NCBI GenBank assembly: GCA_964019425.1
Contig: OZ025801.1
Location: 1,116,001-1,180,000, forward strand
Reading direction: 5' to 3'
DNA: 64,000 bases
DNA from: Flectonema sp. DT1601
Taxonomy: Eukaryota
Positions 24,654-35,700 of the stretch are shown one piece after another. Below the pieces are notes generated by a model. The model was not told the origin of the DNA and did not search any database. It saw nothing but the letters and a program-made list of their open reading frames with translations. Within the stretch, counting starts at the first letter, position 1; each line of letters opens with the position of its first letter. The translations under genes and the position numbers were made by a program.

Positions 24654-25736
24654 ATGCAAACACCCTTCACATTTTCACAGTACTCTATATTGGAAGTACT
24701 CGGTGAAGGAACGTACGGATCAGTTCACAGGGCGATTTCACCGACTGGAGAAGAAGTCGCCATAAAGAAAGTAAAAGCTGAAATAGAAAATCGAGACGAA
24801 GGGATTCCAATAAATACTTTGAGAGAAATTGAATTATTAAAACAGGTGAAGTCTAGCAATGTTATTTCATTGAAGGATGTCATCCTTTACGAGAACATCA
24901 CGTGTCTCGTTCTAGAGCACGGAGGTACAGACTTAGCCAAGATCTTAGACGGCAAACTACTGGCGTTAACTGAAGGTTATGCAAAGGGGATCGTCCAGCA
25001 GCTGTTGCGGGGAGTTGACCACCTTCATTCGCTTTTTATTGTGCACAGGGACTTGAAGCCGTCAAATATTTTATACAAAGACGGTGTTATTAAAATATGT
25101 GACTTTGGCCTAGCACGTCGTTGTGCGAACCCCAGCAGAAGACTTACACCTTGTGTGATGACTCTGTGGTATAGAGCACCTGAAGTAATCCTTGGTACAG
25201 AAAAGTATTCCTTCCCGGTTGATATTTGGTCATGTGGGTGTATAGCCGCAGAATTACTTACTGGAACTCCCCTTCTGGCTGGGGTATCAGAAATTGATCA
25301 ATTCAGTAAGATCTCCTCCTTGCTCGGATCACCCTCAGACGAAGAGGCCTCATTCTTGATGTCTCTTCCCAAGAGCGGAAAGGTTTCTCTGTTTTCAGGC
25401 TGTCCTGCAAACGCAGTCTTCGATAAGGTTTTCGCTTCTAAAAACGCAGCGCAATTCATATCTGCGCTTCTGTCTTACCTTCCTGAGAAGCGATCGTTAG
25501 CTAGTCAGGCACTCCGCCAGCCGTACTTTGAACAGATCCCATTCCCAACCTCTGCTGGATGTATGCCAATGGGCCCTCTCAAAAGCAAAAGAAAAACCCC
25601 TCGCTCTGACCCTGTAACGTTACTGGAAGCTAAGGTTGGCGCCCCGATGGTTGAGGCGCAGAAAAAGAAAAGGAGGAAGAAGAAGGAAAAGGAAAGGATC
25701 GTGGATCTGTTTGGGTACGACGACGATGATATTTGA
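24654..25736 (+). CDS. Cyclin-dependent kinase, CDK10/CDK11-like
   Basis: GEGTYG, VAIKK, GIPINTLREI (PITSLRE-like helix), HRDLKPSN, DFGLAR, TLWYRAPE. Confidence 0.9.
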   Translation: MQTPFTFSQYSILEVLGEGTYGSVHRAISPTGEEVAIKKVKAEIENRDEGIPINTLREIELLKQVKSSNVISLKDVILYENITCLVLEHGGTDLAKILDGKLLALTEGYAKGIVQQLLRGVDHLHSLFIVHRDLKPSNILYKDGVIKICDFGLARRCANPSRRLTPCVMTLWYRAPEVILGTEKYSFPVDIWSCGCIAAELLTGTPLLAGVSEIDQFSKISSLLGSPSDEEASFLMSLPKSGKVSLFSGCPANAVFDKVFASKNAAQFISALLSYLPEKRSLASQALRQPYFEQIPFPTSAGCMPMGPLKSKRKTPRSDPVTLLEAKVGAPMVEAQKKKRRKKKEKERIVDLFGYDDDDI

Positions 25737-25904
25737 AAGATGTTTCAATTCGCACTCTGTGTCTCGATTATGTTTAAAATAATTTTATTCTGCTAAACAG
25801 CCAACAGGAATATGAACACATCGTATTGTTCCGAAAGTTAACGAGTTTAATATGACAAAGAGAATTACACTATTTTAGTTACTTTGCAGGGAAAGCAACA
25901 ACAC

Positions 25905-26706
25905 ATGCCGCTGGCTGCGGGTATTGTTGGGGTTGTCGGGACGACGTCGGTGTTGTCACAAAGCGGATTGAACTCCGAGTTGAAAGAACTGGCTCTGAAG
26001 ATCCTTCCAAACATTCCCCGCCACGATGCGAAAATGTCGTACGAGTACCCTCCCCAGAATGTTGATTTCCACTACACCGTTGAGAAAAGAGTAATTTATT
26101 TAGTCGCCAACTACCGCGATGATCCCGACAAGATGGAGCGAAGAATACCATTTCTGTATTTAGATAAAGTGATGACGCAGTTTAAAGATTTTGTTGGTTG
26201 CGGAACATCATTTCCTGACGTCGACAACTTGACTGAAACGCAGTGTAGGGGATTTGATAAAAATATCACCGAGTGTCTCTCATTCTGCAACGACAGAGAC
26301 AAAATTAAATTAATTCAAAAGGACCTCGATGAGGTAAAGGAACAAGTTTTTAAGAATATTGAAACAGTCATGGCGAGAGGTGACAATCTCGAGAAGCTAA
26401 TGGACAAAGTAGACGATTTGACTGACGAGGTATGCTCTTTGAATATAAAGCAATTGTGTATAATACTAAGTCTCCATCCTAAACAAAACAGTCACGAACC
26501 TTCCAAAGAGGATCTAGAAAACTACACAGCAAGGTCCGATGGCGTAACATAAGATTAATTATCATTGTGGTTGTTGTTCTTATTGTGTTACTGTTAATTA
26601 TTTTAATGGTGGCTTGTAACCCTAATTTCGAGTATGTATTTAAAATATTCTTTTCAACTCAACACCAAACATAACCACACTAAACAAAAACAGTAAATGT
26701 AAGTAA
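25905..26706 (+). CDS. VAMP7-like longin R-SNARE, paralog 1 (exons 25905-26429, 26492-26631, 26694-26706)
   Basis: Longin motifs (KMSYEY, RIPFLYL), R-SNARE coil (NIETVMARGDNLEKL); spliced C-terminus gives WRNIR, a TM helix and CNPNFDKCK*. Confidence 0.85.
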
Positions 26707-26919
26707 TTGTCGCGATCGGTTCAACGATCCCTAGCCCTTATCAGATTGTATGCAATATTTACGACACCACTTGATTGTGAAACAAGTCTAATTCAATGAT
26801 TGATTTTTTTTTCGTTCTGTTTCTTGGTTCGGAACTTTGAACACGTTAGTTGCTTTCTTTTTATTTATTTGAGTTTAGCTTTAACATACTTCCCTCAGGA
26901 GATCTACAGCAAGTCAATT

Positions 26920-28416
26920 ATGCCACTCAATGCAGGGGTGATTGCGGTGGTGGGGGGGACATTATTAACACAACATGGGTTAGATGATGAGCTAAAGGGA
27001 GTCGTCAACAAAATTCTTCAAAAAATCCCTCGTCACGACTCAAAGATGTCATACGAGTATCCCCCAATGAACGTCGACTTTTCTTACGTTGTCGAAAATA
27101 GAATTATTTATTTAGTGGCTAACAATCGCGACGGAGAAAAGATGGAGTTTCGGATCCCTTTCACATATCTGGAGGAAATTAAGAAGAAATTTAAGAAAGA
27201 ATTTGCTGGCGGCGAAGACAAGTATCCAGAGATTGATGCTCTGTCAGAAGCTGGATGCCGTGAATTTGATAAAATTATAAAAGAAACTCTCAGCGTCTGT
27301 AATGACAAAGACAAAATTAAAAATGTCCAGTCACAGATTGATGACGTTCACGATATAGTTCTTCAGAACATTGAAAAGGTTATTGACAGAGGTGATAAAA
27401 TTGACACTCTCGTTGACAAAATCGACACCATTGATACCGAGGTATGTATAACAACCACTCCAAACAACCCCCTTTTTTTTTTTTTTTGCGGGAGGATAAA
27501 ATGGAAACTCCTTTCTTCGTCACTTAGTGTCACACAGTAAATTGGTTTTATCTCTTCTGACTCTGATCGTTGTTTCGACATACAGGAAGACCCGGCGAGC
27601 TGGGACAACTAGTCTTTCTTGTATTTAAGCATTTTTCGACTTGAAAGACATGACCTTCAGTTTATGAGTTCTCATGTTTCTGGGTTTGAGAGGGAATGTG
27701 CGCTTCTTCTCTTGATCATTTGTTCTCCTTGTCTCTGTACACAAAATATAATTCGTCGTCTGCCGAGCTTTACATTTGTCGCTGTAACAGTAAATAAAAT
27801 GGGGTGCAAAGAGGGAGAGTGAGAGTCGTCCGTCCTTTTGTCTCGATACAAGTTGTGCCGTCTCTTCTGTGGGGGCCTTCGCGTGTCGTGTCGAAGCCAT
27901 GTCGCTGGGAATCCTGTCTGGCATTTCCGGCCGTCTCCGTCACGTGTCGTGTCGAAGCCATGTCGCTGGGAATCCTGTCCGGCATTTTACTTTCGGTTCT
28001 GCGTCCCATGAGTCGTATTTAAATTCTAGTGGTATGAGAATGATGATACTACCACCCTGAATGGAGGTCGTACTACGCGCCTCGCATTTCAGTCAATCCG
28101 ACGACTGTCTCCTCGCAAGTATCTGATGCCACTCCACACCACCCGCTGTTCAACCCTTTTTGATTAGAAAAAAAAAAAACAACTAAAAAACAAAGGCGCG
28201 CACATTTCGCAAAGGAACCGGCAAGTTAAAGAACAAGATGTGGTGGAAAAACATTCGAATTATGATCATGATAGCTGTGCTTGTAATTGTTTTAATTTTA
28301 GTGATCTTACTAGTCGCCTGCAAGCCTAACTTCGAGTATGTTGATTACGAAACTTTTTCTTTTAATTATAAGAAGTTCATCATCACAACACAAATCTAAA
28401 CAGCAATTGTAGTTAG
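26920..28416 (+). CDS. VAMP7-like longin R-SNARE, paralog 2 (exons 26920-27441, 28196-28335, 28404-28416)
   Basis: Paralogous to the upstream gene with the same intron positions; NIEKVIDRGDKID, MWWKNIR, TM helix, CKPNFDNCS*. Confidence 0.85.
27882..27987. repeat. 45-bp direct repeat pair inside an expanded intron
   Basis: cgtgtcgtgtcgaagccatgtcgctgggaatcctgtc(t/c)ggcattt at 27882-27926 and 27943-27987, one mismatch. Confidence 0.9.
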
Positions 28417-28933
28417 ACAAATGGTTCTCTCTTTTAATCAGCACTGCTGTTGGTGTTGCACAGTTGAATGTGCGGATTCTTCGCACAATATAATATTAGT
28501 GGCGTTTTGTGAGTGACAAAAACTTGCGACGAAACGCAGGCGGAACCCTTGCATATTGTTGGGAAATAGTCAGATGCGTCTTTTATGTTTCGAAAATAGA
28601 AATGTCAGTTTTTTTTTTTTTTTGCACTTTTTTTTTGTTTTGTTGTAAAGGGAGCTATGAATCCCTTCTTTTTTATTTTTAATCTGCTTCCTTGTCACCC
28701 CCCCCCCCTTTTTTTTTTTTTTTTTTTTTGTTGAATTTCTTTTCCCCCATCTCTTTATTGGTTGGTGCAGACTGTTAGGTTTCGCAGCAGGTACTCTGGT
28801 CTCAAAGTTTAGTTCCAGAAAATAGCGGAGTGGAAATGCGTGTAGAGGACGTGTTGTGAAGTTGCTGTTTGGTTTGGAAGGTTTCAAAACAAAATATTTC
28901 ATCAACTGACACTTCCAATACCAGTCCCAAGAA

Positions 28934-29983
28934 ATGTCGGATCCATGCTGTGGAGGAGGGAAGGGCAATCGCGGAAAGGGGGTCTTCAAGGGTAACAAAG
29001 GAAAAGGGAAGAAGCCTCAATGCTTCAACTGCGGAGAGGTAGGTCACACTGCCAGGGATTGTATTGTTGTGAATGCAGTGCTTCCTAATACGAGAGAAAT
29101 TGACGCCAGTGAGAAGCCAACTGAGAGTGAAGTTGGATACGTTGATACCCACTGTCACATTGACTACATATTAGAGAAAGCTCACCTTCCTGTTTGGAGT
29201 GACTTCCTTGACACTGTAAAGATGCCGAGTAACTTTGAAGCAGCAATTTCGGTGTTTTGCGACCCCGCAGCGATTCTTAGCGATTCTATATCCTCGTTCC
29301 CTGACTTGATTACATCGAATCGTTATCCAAATATATTCGGTACAGTTGGTCTACACCCTCACAATGCTAAGTATTATAATGATACTATTGAGTCGAGGAT
29401 GATCGAATTGATGTTTTCTTCTGATCGGATAGTTGGTTTCGGTGAAATCGGTTTAGACGCAACTTCTGAGAACAAGGGTGCTCCAGGATTCGATGTTCAA
29501 ATGCCAATTTTTGAAAAGCAATTGCAAGTCGCTAAAAATATCTGCCCCGACAAACCTATCGTAATTCACTACCGAGGGGAAGCGAGGACTTTAGTTGACG
29601 TATTGCATAAAAACGTTCCTGACACTCAAAAACTACACATTCACTCTTGGGGAGGAACTGAACGAGACGGTGTAAACGCCCTTCTGAGTCGCTATGACAA
29701 TTTATATTTTGGTTTTACTGGACAAGTGACTTTTAAGGGACAAAAATCGGATAAATTGAGGCGTTTAATCACACAAGATATCCCCCTCGAGAGAATCCTA
29801 CTCGAAACTGACAGTCCTTATATGTTGCCGAGTATGCTTTCACCCGGTAAAGGAAGGCAACCCCTCTGCCACCCTGGTCACATTCCCTTTATTGCGAATT
29901 CTCTTGCTACAATAAAAGACACAGATATCCACACGGTGTACAAGGCTTGCCGAGCAAACACCAGGACGCTGTATGGTATATAA
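28934..29983 (+). CDS. TatD-family nuclease with N-terminal CCHC zinc knuckle
   Basis: CFNCGEVGHTARDC; VDTHCH, GLHPH, GEIGLD, VIH, HIHSW, LLETDSPY. Confidence 0.9.
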   Translation: MSDPCCGGGKGNRGKGVFKGNKGKGKKPQCFNCGEVGHTARDCIVVNAVLPNTREIDASEKPTESEVGYVDTHCHIDYILEKAHLPVWSDFLDTVKMPSNFEAAISVFCDPAAILSDSISSFPDLITSNRYPNIFGTVGLHPHNAKYYNDTIESRMIELMFSSDRIVGFGEIGLDATSENKGAPGFDVQMPIFEKQLQVAKNICPDKPIVIHYRGEARTLVDVLHKNVPDTQKLHIHSWGGTERDGVNALLSRYDNLYFGFTGQVTFKGQKSDKLRRLITQDIPLERILLETDSPYMLPSMLSPGKGRQPLCHPGHIPFIANSLATIKDTDIHTVYKACRANTRTLYGI

Positions 29984-30191
29984 ACCACATTAGGTACTTG
30001 TCCTTACACGTTTGACACAACCCCAGTGAGAGAAATCCGCGAATATTCTAACACCATTACGCTGTTTCTCCTGAGGAAATGAAAACTGAAAAGTGTGCCT
30101 TTGCTATTTGGTGCAATGCTTTAATACAATTTTTTTTCATTGCTGCGTCTTCTGCTAATTTTTCATATATTGCAGGCAAGTAACATATAAA

Positions 30192-31634
30192 ATGAAAATT
30201 CTGAGCAACTTAGTGCTGCTTATGACTGCTACTTCTGTAGGAGCAGTCTGTTTGGAGTGGAAATGCTTGTATCATTGGCAAGGATGTGACTATGGATGTG
30301 TAAATGGTGTGGTTGAAAGTAACGTGACGGAAGAGATTCAATTGGATTGTACTGGGCAAGGTGGTCAACAGATAGATGTGTCAGAACTGATATTCGGAGC
30401 GTTGAGACCATTTGCTTCAGTTGAGAGGGTCCCTGTTATAACTGGTTTTGAAGTTGTAAATGATTCAGTTGCTGAGTGGGTAGTCCTAAACCCTAATCCT
30501 GAAGACATTTATGAAGTCAGTTGTTTTGAATCTGCAACTACTTTAGGACAGATTACTTTTGAAGCCAATGTCACGAGGTGCGTGTCGGCTCTCTCTTGGG
30601 ATTTCGATGCCAACTACGGCTGCGGTGGAGAATTTGATCCCGACAACCATAGTTGCGAAAATGGGTGTTGGAGTAATCCAATCTGCTCAGGATACACTGG
30701 GCCGGAATCATTTACTCGTCGTCCAGCCAAAGATGATGAGCCTGACACCTTCCTCACCCCCAGAAAACCAATTACTGGTTGTGGCGACGGCTGCAAAAGG
30801 TATCAGGGTAAGGGTATATGTAACGCAACACCCCCTCCGTCATACAGTTATCATCCATACACTACGCAGTCTATCTTCTGTCTGAATCCCTTGGACACTT
30901 TCTCTATTCCGATGCCTTTGCATTTGCTAGACCTTGATAAAAACCCACTGATTTCGAATGAAATAGTTTTCCAAGATGAAAACCACACAACGGGCAGGAG
31001 CCGCCTTGCTAACACTACATATACCTGTTTGAAAGCAGGTGAGGTGCAGTACACAATTAATTATTGGGGTTTGGATTATATTAAATGCATTGAGTGTGTG
31101 GAAGGCCAAAATTGCACATGTTCGGGTGAGAATTGTGAAACCTGCCGACCAGCCAGTGTCACAGATGCCCCACAGACTTCAGCACCAACAATGTCTCCTT
31201 CGAATTACACAAAAACAAAAACCTTAACTTTAACAGTTCCAGTATCAGTTCCAACCAATGGTTTTGACACTGAAGTCCCGACTACAGCGCCGACATCTGT
31301 CCCAACCAACGGGACTTCAGCGCCGACATCTGTCCCTGACACTGAAGTTCCGACTATAGCACCGTCGCTTGAGCCGACATCAATTCCAACGTCGCCTGGA
31401 GACTCTAGTGGCGGAAGCGACTCATGCTCTTGCACTGAGAACGCCGCCGCCCTCGATAGTTGCATCAATTCAAAGGATGAAACGAAAAAGCTTCTTCTTA
31501 TTCTCCTTATAGCATGTATTGTCTTGGCATTGATTGTGATCGCACTTTTTGTGCACATCCGCAATCTCAAATCTGAGTTGAATGATAAAAATAACTACAA
31601 AGGAAACGACGTTCTTCTCAATGAATTTAATTAA
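30192..31634 (+). CDS. Cys-rich type I membrane/surface protein with Pro/Thr-rich stalk
   Basis: Signal peptide, Cys-rich ectodomain, (A/V)PT repeats, TM helix LLLILLIACIVLALIVIALFV, short tail. Confidence 0.8.
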   Translation: MKILSNLVLLMTATSVGAVCLEWKCLYHWQGCDYGCVNGVVESNVTEEIQLDCTGQGGQQIDVSELIFGALRPFASVERVPVITGFEVVNDSVAEWVVLNPNPEDIYEVSCFESATTLGQITFEANVTRCVSALSWDFDANYGCGGEFDPDNHSCENGCWSNPICSGYTGPESFTRRPAKDDEPDTFLTPRKPITGCGDGCKRYQGKGICNATPPPSYSYHPYTTQSIFCLNPLDTFSIPMPLHLLDLDKNPLISNEIVFQDENHTTGRSRLANTTYTCLKAGEVQYTINYWGLDYIKCIECVEGQNCTCSGENCETCRPASVTDAPQTSAPTMSPSNYTKTKTLTLTVPVSVPTNGFDTEVPTTAPTSVPTNGTSAPTSVPDTEVPTIAPSLEPTSIPTSPGDSSGGSDSCSCTENAAALDSCINSKDETKKLLLILLIACIVLALIVIALFVHIRNLKSELNDKNNYKGNDVLLNEFN

Positions 31635-32127
31635 TAGCGGTTGTGAAACGGTCTTGAACTTGTTCGACCTTGGGAGCCACATGTTTTTCCCAGAGTTTGT
31701 TGCTATTTATTTAGTTTTGCATTCTTTTTTTATTTTACGACTTACAATATGTTTCCGTTCCTGTTGGGTCCTCAACCCTAACATGTGACACATGCAGTCT
31801 TGTTTATAATTATTCCTGTAAAGTTAAGCTCTCTTTATTTTTCTAATCTGGCTGAGTGTGAAGTTTTTTTTACCGAATTCAACATTATTTCACACCTGGG
31901 CATGTTTGAACAAACTTGGAAACAAGTCTGCCTTTGACTCATTAGCCGCACTGACTTACGAAGCAGTCTCTTCCCACAATCTAAGAATTTCACCTACGTA
32001 CGACCCTCATGGCAAACCCGCAAGGTCCTCGCCTTTACCTTAAATTATTTCTTCGGGTTAAGAAACAAAAATGACCAATTATTCCACGCTTTGTCATACA
32101 CGCCTGGAAGACGAAAAAATTAAAAAT

Positions 32128-32199
32128 CAACCGTGGCAGGACTCGAACCTGCAACCGCCTGATCCGTAGTCAGGCGCTCTTCCATTGAGCCACACGGTC
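32128..32199 (-). tRNA. tRNA-Arg(ACG)
   Basis: Reverse complement GACCGTG-TGGCTCAATGGAAGAGC-G-CCTGA-CTACGGA-TCAGG-CGGTT-GCAGG-TTCGAGT-CCTGC-CACGGTT-G folds as a cloverleaf; anticodon ACG at 32167-32165; oligo-T terminator directly downstream. Confidence 0.95.
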
Positions 32200-32713
32200 A
32201 CTGAAAGACCGTTTTTTTTTTTTTTTTTTTTTTCTTTTGGTTACACTCGTCTGTGCTTCCAGACTCTTTGTTTTTGTTCTTTTCACTTCTTTGTTTTGTC
32301 TTTCTTTTATACTTTCTTTTGATTTAAGTCTGACAAATTGGAAAACACGGGAAACGTAGGTAGGCTCCGCCTGAGGACGTAAGAAGAGCGGCAACGGAAG
32401 AAAATAAATGGTCACGCGTCCTTGAAATTGGACACATGAAGCTAATTCGGTTACCATTCCTACCATCGATAAGGAAAAACAAAGAGTCGAGCATATAACT
32501 AGAGCGGTGGTCAAAGACCACTTGAACAGCCCGAAGGCCTGCCCTCAAGAGAAATTTATAAGGAGAATAGGAGAAGAAGGAGACAGGAGTGTTGGATGAG
32601 ACACTGCGACAACACCGAAGGTGATGTGCAGTTACCCAACCAGGAGATGATTGATAATGATGAAAATACTAAAATAATAACAAATTGATATTGGCGACTA
32701 CATGTCACCTACT

Positions 32714-35700
32714 TTACTTCCAAAGTCTAAGGTTAGATGTTTGTTCCATCCACCTTATGATCAACGCGAGTGATGGAAGCCACGCCAAAGTGAAGAGAGC
32801 TTCAAGGTTAGGAATTTCGTTGGCAATAATAAGTTCTCGATCGCGATCCCACTTGCCGGTCAGTGTTGAGAAGCCCAGGATTTTGAACCTGGCCGAGTCG
32901 AGTTTGGGAGATTGACATCCCTGTAGCAGGTGAACCTGTGAGGACGGTTCGCCACAAAATGGGCAGTCGATCGTCTTGCGCCAGTTCTGAATTAGCGGGT
33001 GACATCCTGTCCGGAAGTTCGCTATCCGTATCTCGTCGGCTCTTTCCATCCCAGGAGGGTATTTAACGGAACGGCCTCCGATGAGGTGTTTGTAGCAGGT
33101 GTAACCACTCACGTTAAGCAGATCCTTCTTGATGCAGCGCTTAACATGTGATGATCGCGAGAAATAAGTGCCTTTGACTAGCACAGGTCGGATGTTCTTG
33201 TTGTGCGCTGCTTCCTTTGCAAGCGCGTCAACTTCATCGTGAAACTCGATTCCAATGTGCGAGGGGATGAATTGCAAATGCACTTTCATCTCACACATGC
33301 GCAGGTATTCTAGTATCTTGAGGGACTCAGTATTCCTCTGTCTGCACCTTCCACCCAGCAGTTCATCCAGAAGGGATTTTGAGTCCGTGAATAACCTTAC
33401 AGATCTCATTGAAGGATCTTTGCTAAACACTGTTCTCAGATGTCTAGCCGCGTTCTTCAGAGCATGTTGTTCAGCCCTGTAGCTGCAGTCAGCTTGATAA
33501 AGCCTAGACGCGTAAGCAGATCGAAGGCCGCTACGTGACTTGGCAATATGAGCCGCACCGGCCGCGCCGGAAGCAGAGTAGGAGCCATCGCAGTTGATTA
33601 CCATGTCGACAGGAGGTAACGTTCCAATGTACGACATGAATTTTTCTTTGTCCACCGCAGGGTTCGCGGACTTCGGAAATCCGCAGCCGTTGCTAATCCT
33701 AAGGTTTGTCGGAGATACCCAGGGTTCCATCGAGTCAGGCTGTACAAGGCACTGGCTTTCACGCTGGCTGTCAATGCCAGGAAGGAGGCCAGCCCAGTAG
33801 CTTTGGGTTGAGGCGAGTCTGTTGGTACTAGGTATCCAAGTCATGGCTTTATACCTGTAGTACGCTATCTTGGTTTGCTTTTCAATCTGACGTTTAAAAG
33901 GAAGCATGTCCGCTTCCCACAGTAGAAGTTCTCTCGGTGTGCACCTGCTGCATCCAGTAACCAGCCTGGCAACCTTCCTCAGTTCGAAATCAATACTATC
34001 AACGCTGTTGCTTATCAACCAACCAAAGCTATCGAGTGCATAAGAGATTCTCGCAGTTACGTAAAGGTTCTTGACCATATTTAGCGTTTTGTAGTCAAGA
34101 TCATACGGTTGAAGGCATTGAAGCAGAGATATTCCCTTTTTCAGTTCTTCATGAATCTTAGCCACCTGTTTGTGGAAAGTGAGTCTGTCGTCGATGTGAA
34201 CCCCGAGGTATTTCACTGAGTCCACGATTGGCAACAGAAATGCGGTTTTAAATCTGGCTTTCACCACCATCACGTTGTCTTCGAGAACAATATTCCGCAA
34301 CATCACGTTGTCAAGTTCGTCTTGCGTTTTGATCGGAGTTCCATCAACCTCGAGAATAGTTTCGCCGCTTTGAAGCATGGGTCTAGAAGAGTTTAAGTTG
34401 ATACTCTTTTCAATGTCACTATAGTCCATTTTGATAACGTTTTCCACAACAGATCTGGAAAATAGTAATTCGCGATTGCAGGTGTCGTTGAGAATCGTAT
34501 CCTTCGTACGGACTATCATCTTAAGAGCACAGGTCTTTGAGACCGACAGGGCCATGTCGTTGTCAGAACACCATTGATCCACTTTATCAAGTATTATTTG
34601 TGCATTTGAAAGAGCTTCTTCCATGTTATGTCCAGATACTACACATGCTGTATCATCCGGATACAGAGCAGACGTCGTTGTTTCCTTCTCCAGTTCCAAA
34701 ATCTTGCAGAGGTCATCAACGTAGATAAGATAGAGAAGAGGACCCAGGATCGATCCCTGTGGAACCCCCTTAGCCAGAGTACGGAATTCGCTAAGATAAC
34801 CATTCGCTTCAACTCTAACTTTCCTGTTTGTAAGAAAGTCTGTGATCCATCTGATAATAACATTCGGAACACCCATCTTTACCAATTTTAATAAAAGTAT
34901 CTTATGATTGATCCTGTCAAACGCAGCAGTAAAATCAAACGATAAGAACACCGATCTCTTTCTCTTCATGTGCATCCTTACGACGGCATCTACCAAAACG
35001 GTGATCTGTTCGCAGGTATTTCTCCCCCTTCTGAATCCAGCCTGTAGTGGGCTGAGTGACGAATGTTTAGTGAGCCAGTGCATGAGTCGGTCATACACGA
35101 GCCTCTCCGCAAGTTTCCCAACAACCGATGTGAGCGTAATGGGTCTGAAACTCTTCAGTTCATTTCGAGGTTTTCCAGCCTTGAACATAGGCTTGATTAA
35201 ACCTTGTTTCCACTGATACGGTACTTTTGAAGTCTTCCAGGAAGTGTTAATAATTCTCAAGAGGTATTCCACTGTTGCCGGAGTGAAGTTTTTGATCATC
35301 TCATTGTGAACTCCATCAGGTCCTGCAGCCTTGCGGGTCTTCAGGTTCTTAATCGCTGCTTCAATTTCGGCCATTGTGAAATCACAGCAAATATCCATTT
35401 CATTATCACCTTCTGAGAGTGCGGGGGCCTCTAGCGATAATATTTCCGATTTCGAGACAAACAGGTCCAAGAATGCTGATGGTAGATCGCAGTCAGAGAT
35501 GTTGTTGACACTGATATCTTTACCAGCATCTTGCTGCAGTTCTTTGATCTTCTTAAACGCAAAGGCAAAGTTGTTACCCTTGTCAAGTTGATCACGTAGG
35601 TGGACACCCTTCGATTTGGCGGAATCAGGAGTTGACGTCTTCCACTTTCGTCTCCGTTTCCCTTTGAAAAGGACACGTCGACGAATGAATTTAGCCGCTA

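Noticed and set aside
31980..31996. About 16 nt antisense to a conserved SSU rRNA segment (AGGTGAAATTCTTAGA), a possible snoRNA guide
   Set aside because: No adjacent D box (CTGA) or clear C box; a chance match is plausible.
32212..32236. T9-CT as the LINE target-site duplication (versus 38364-38374)
   Set aside because: Low complexity in a genome full of T-runs; it cannot fix the boundary.
32290..32520. Divergent snRNA or 7SL gene upstream of the tRNA, as in trypanosomes
   Set aside because: No recognisable U2, U6, U3 or 7SL motifs; an Rfam search would be needed.
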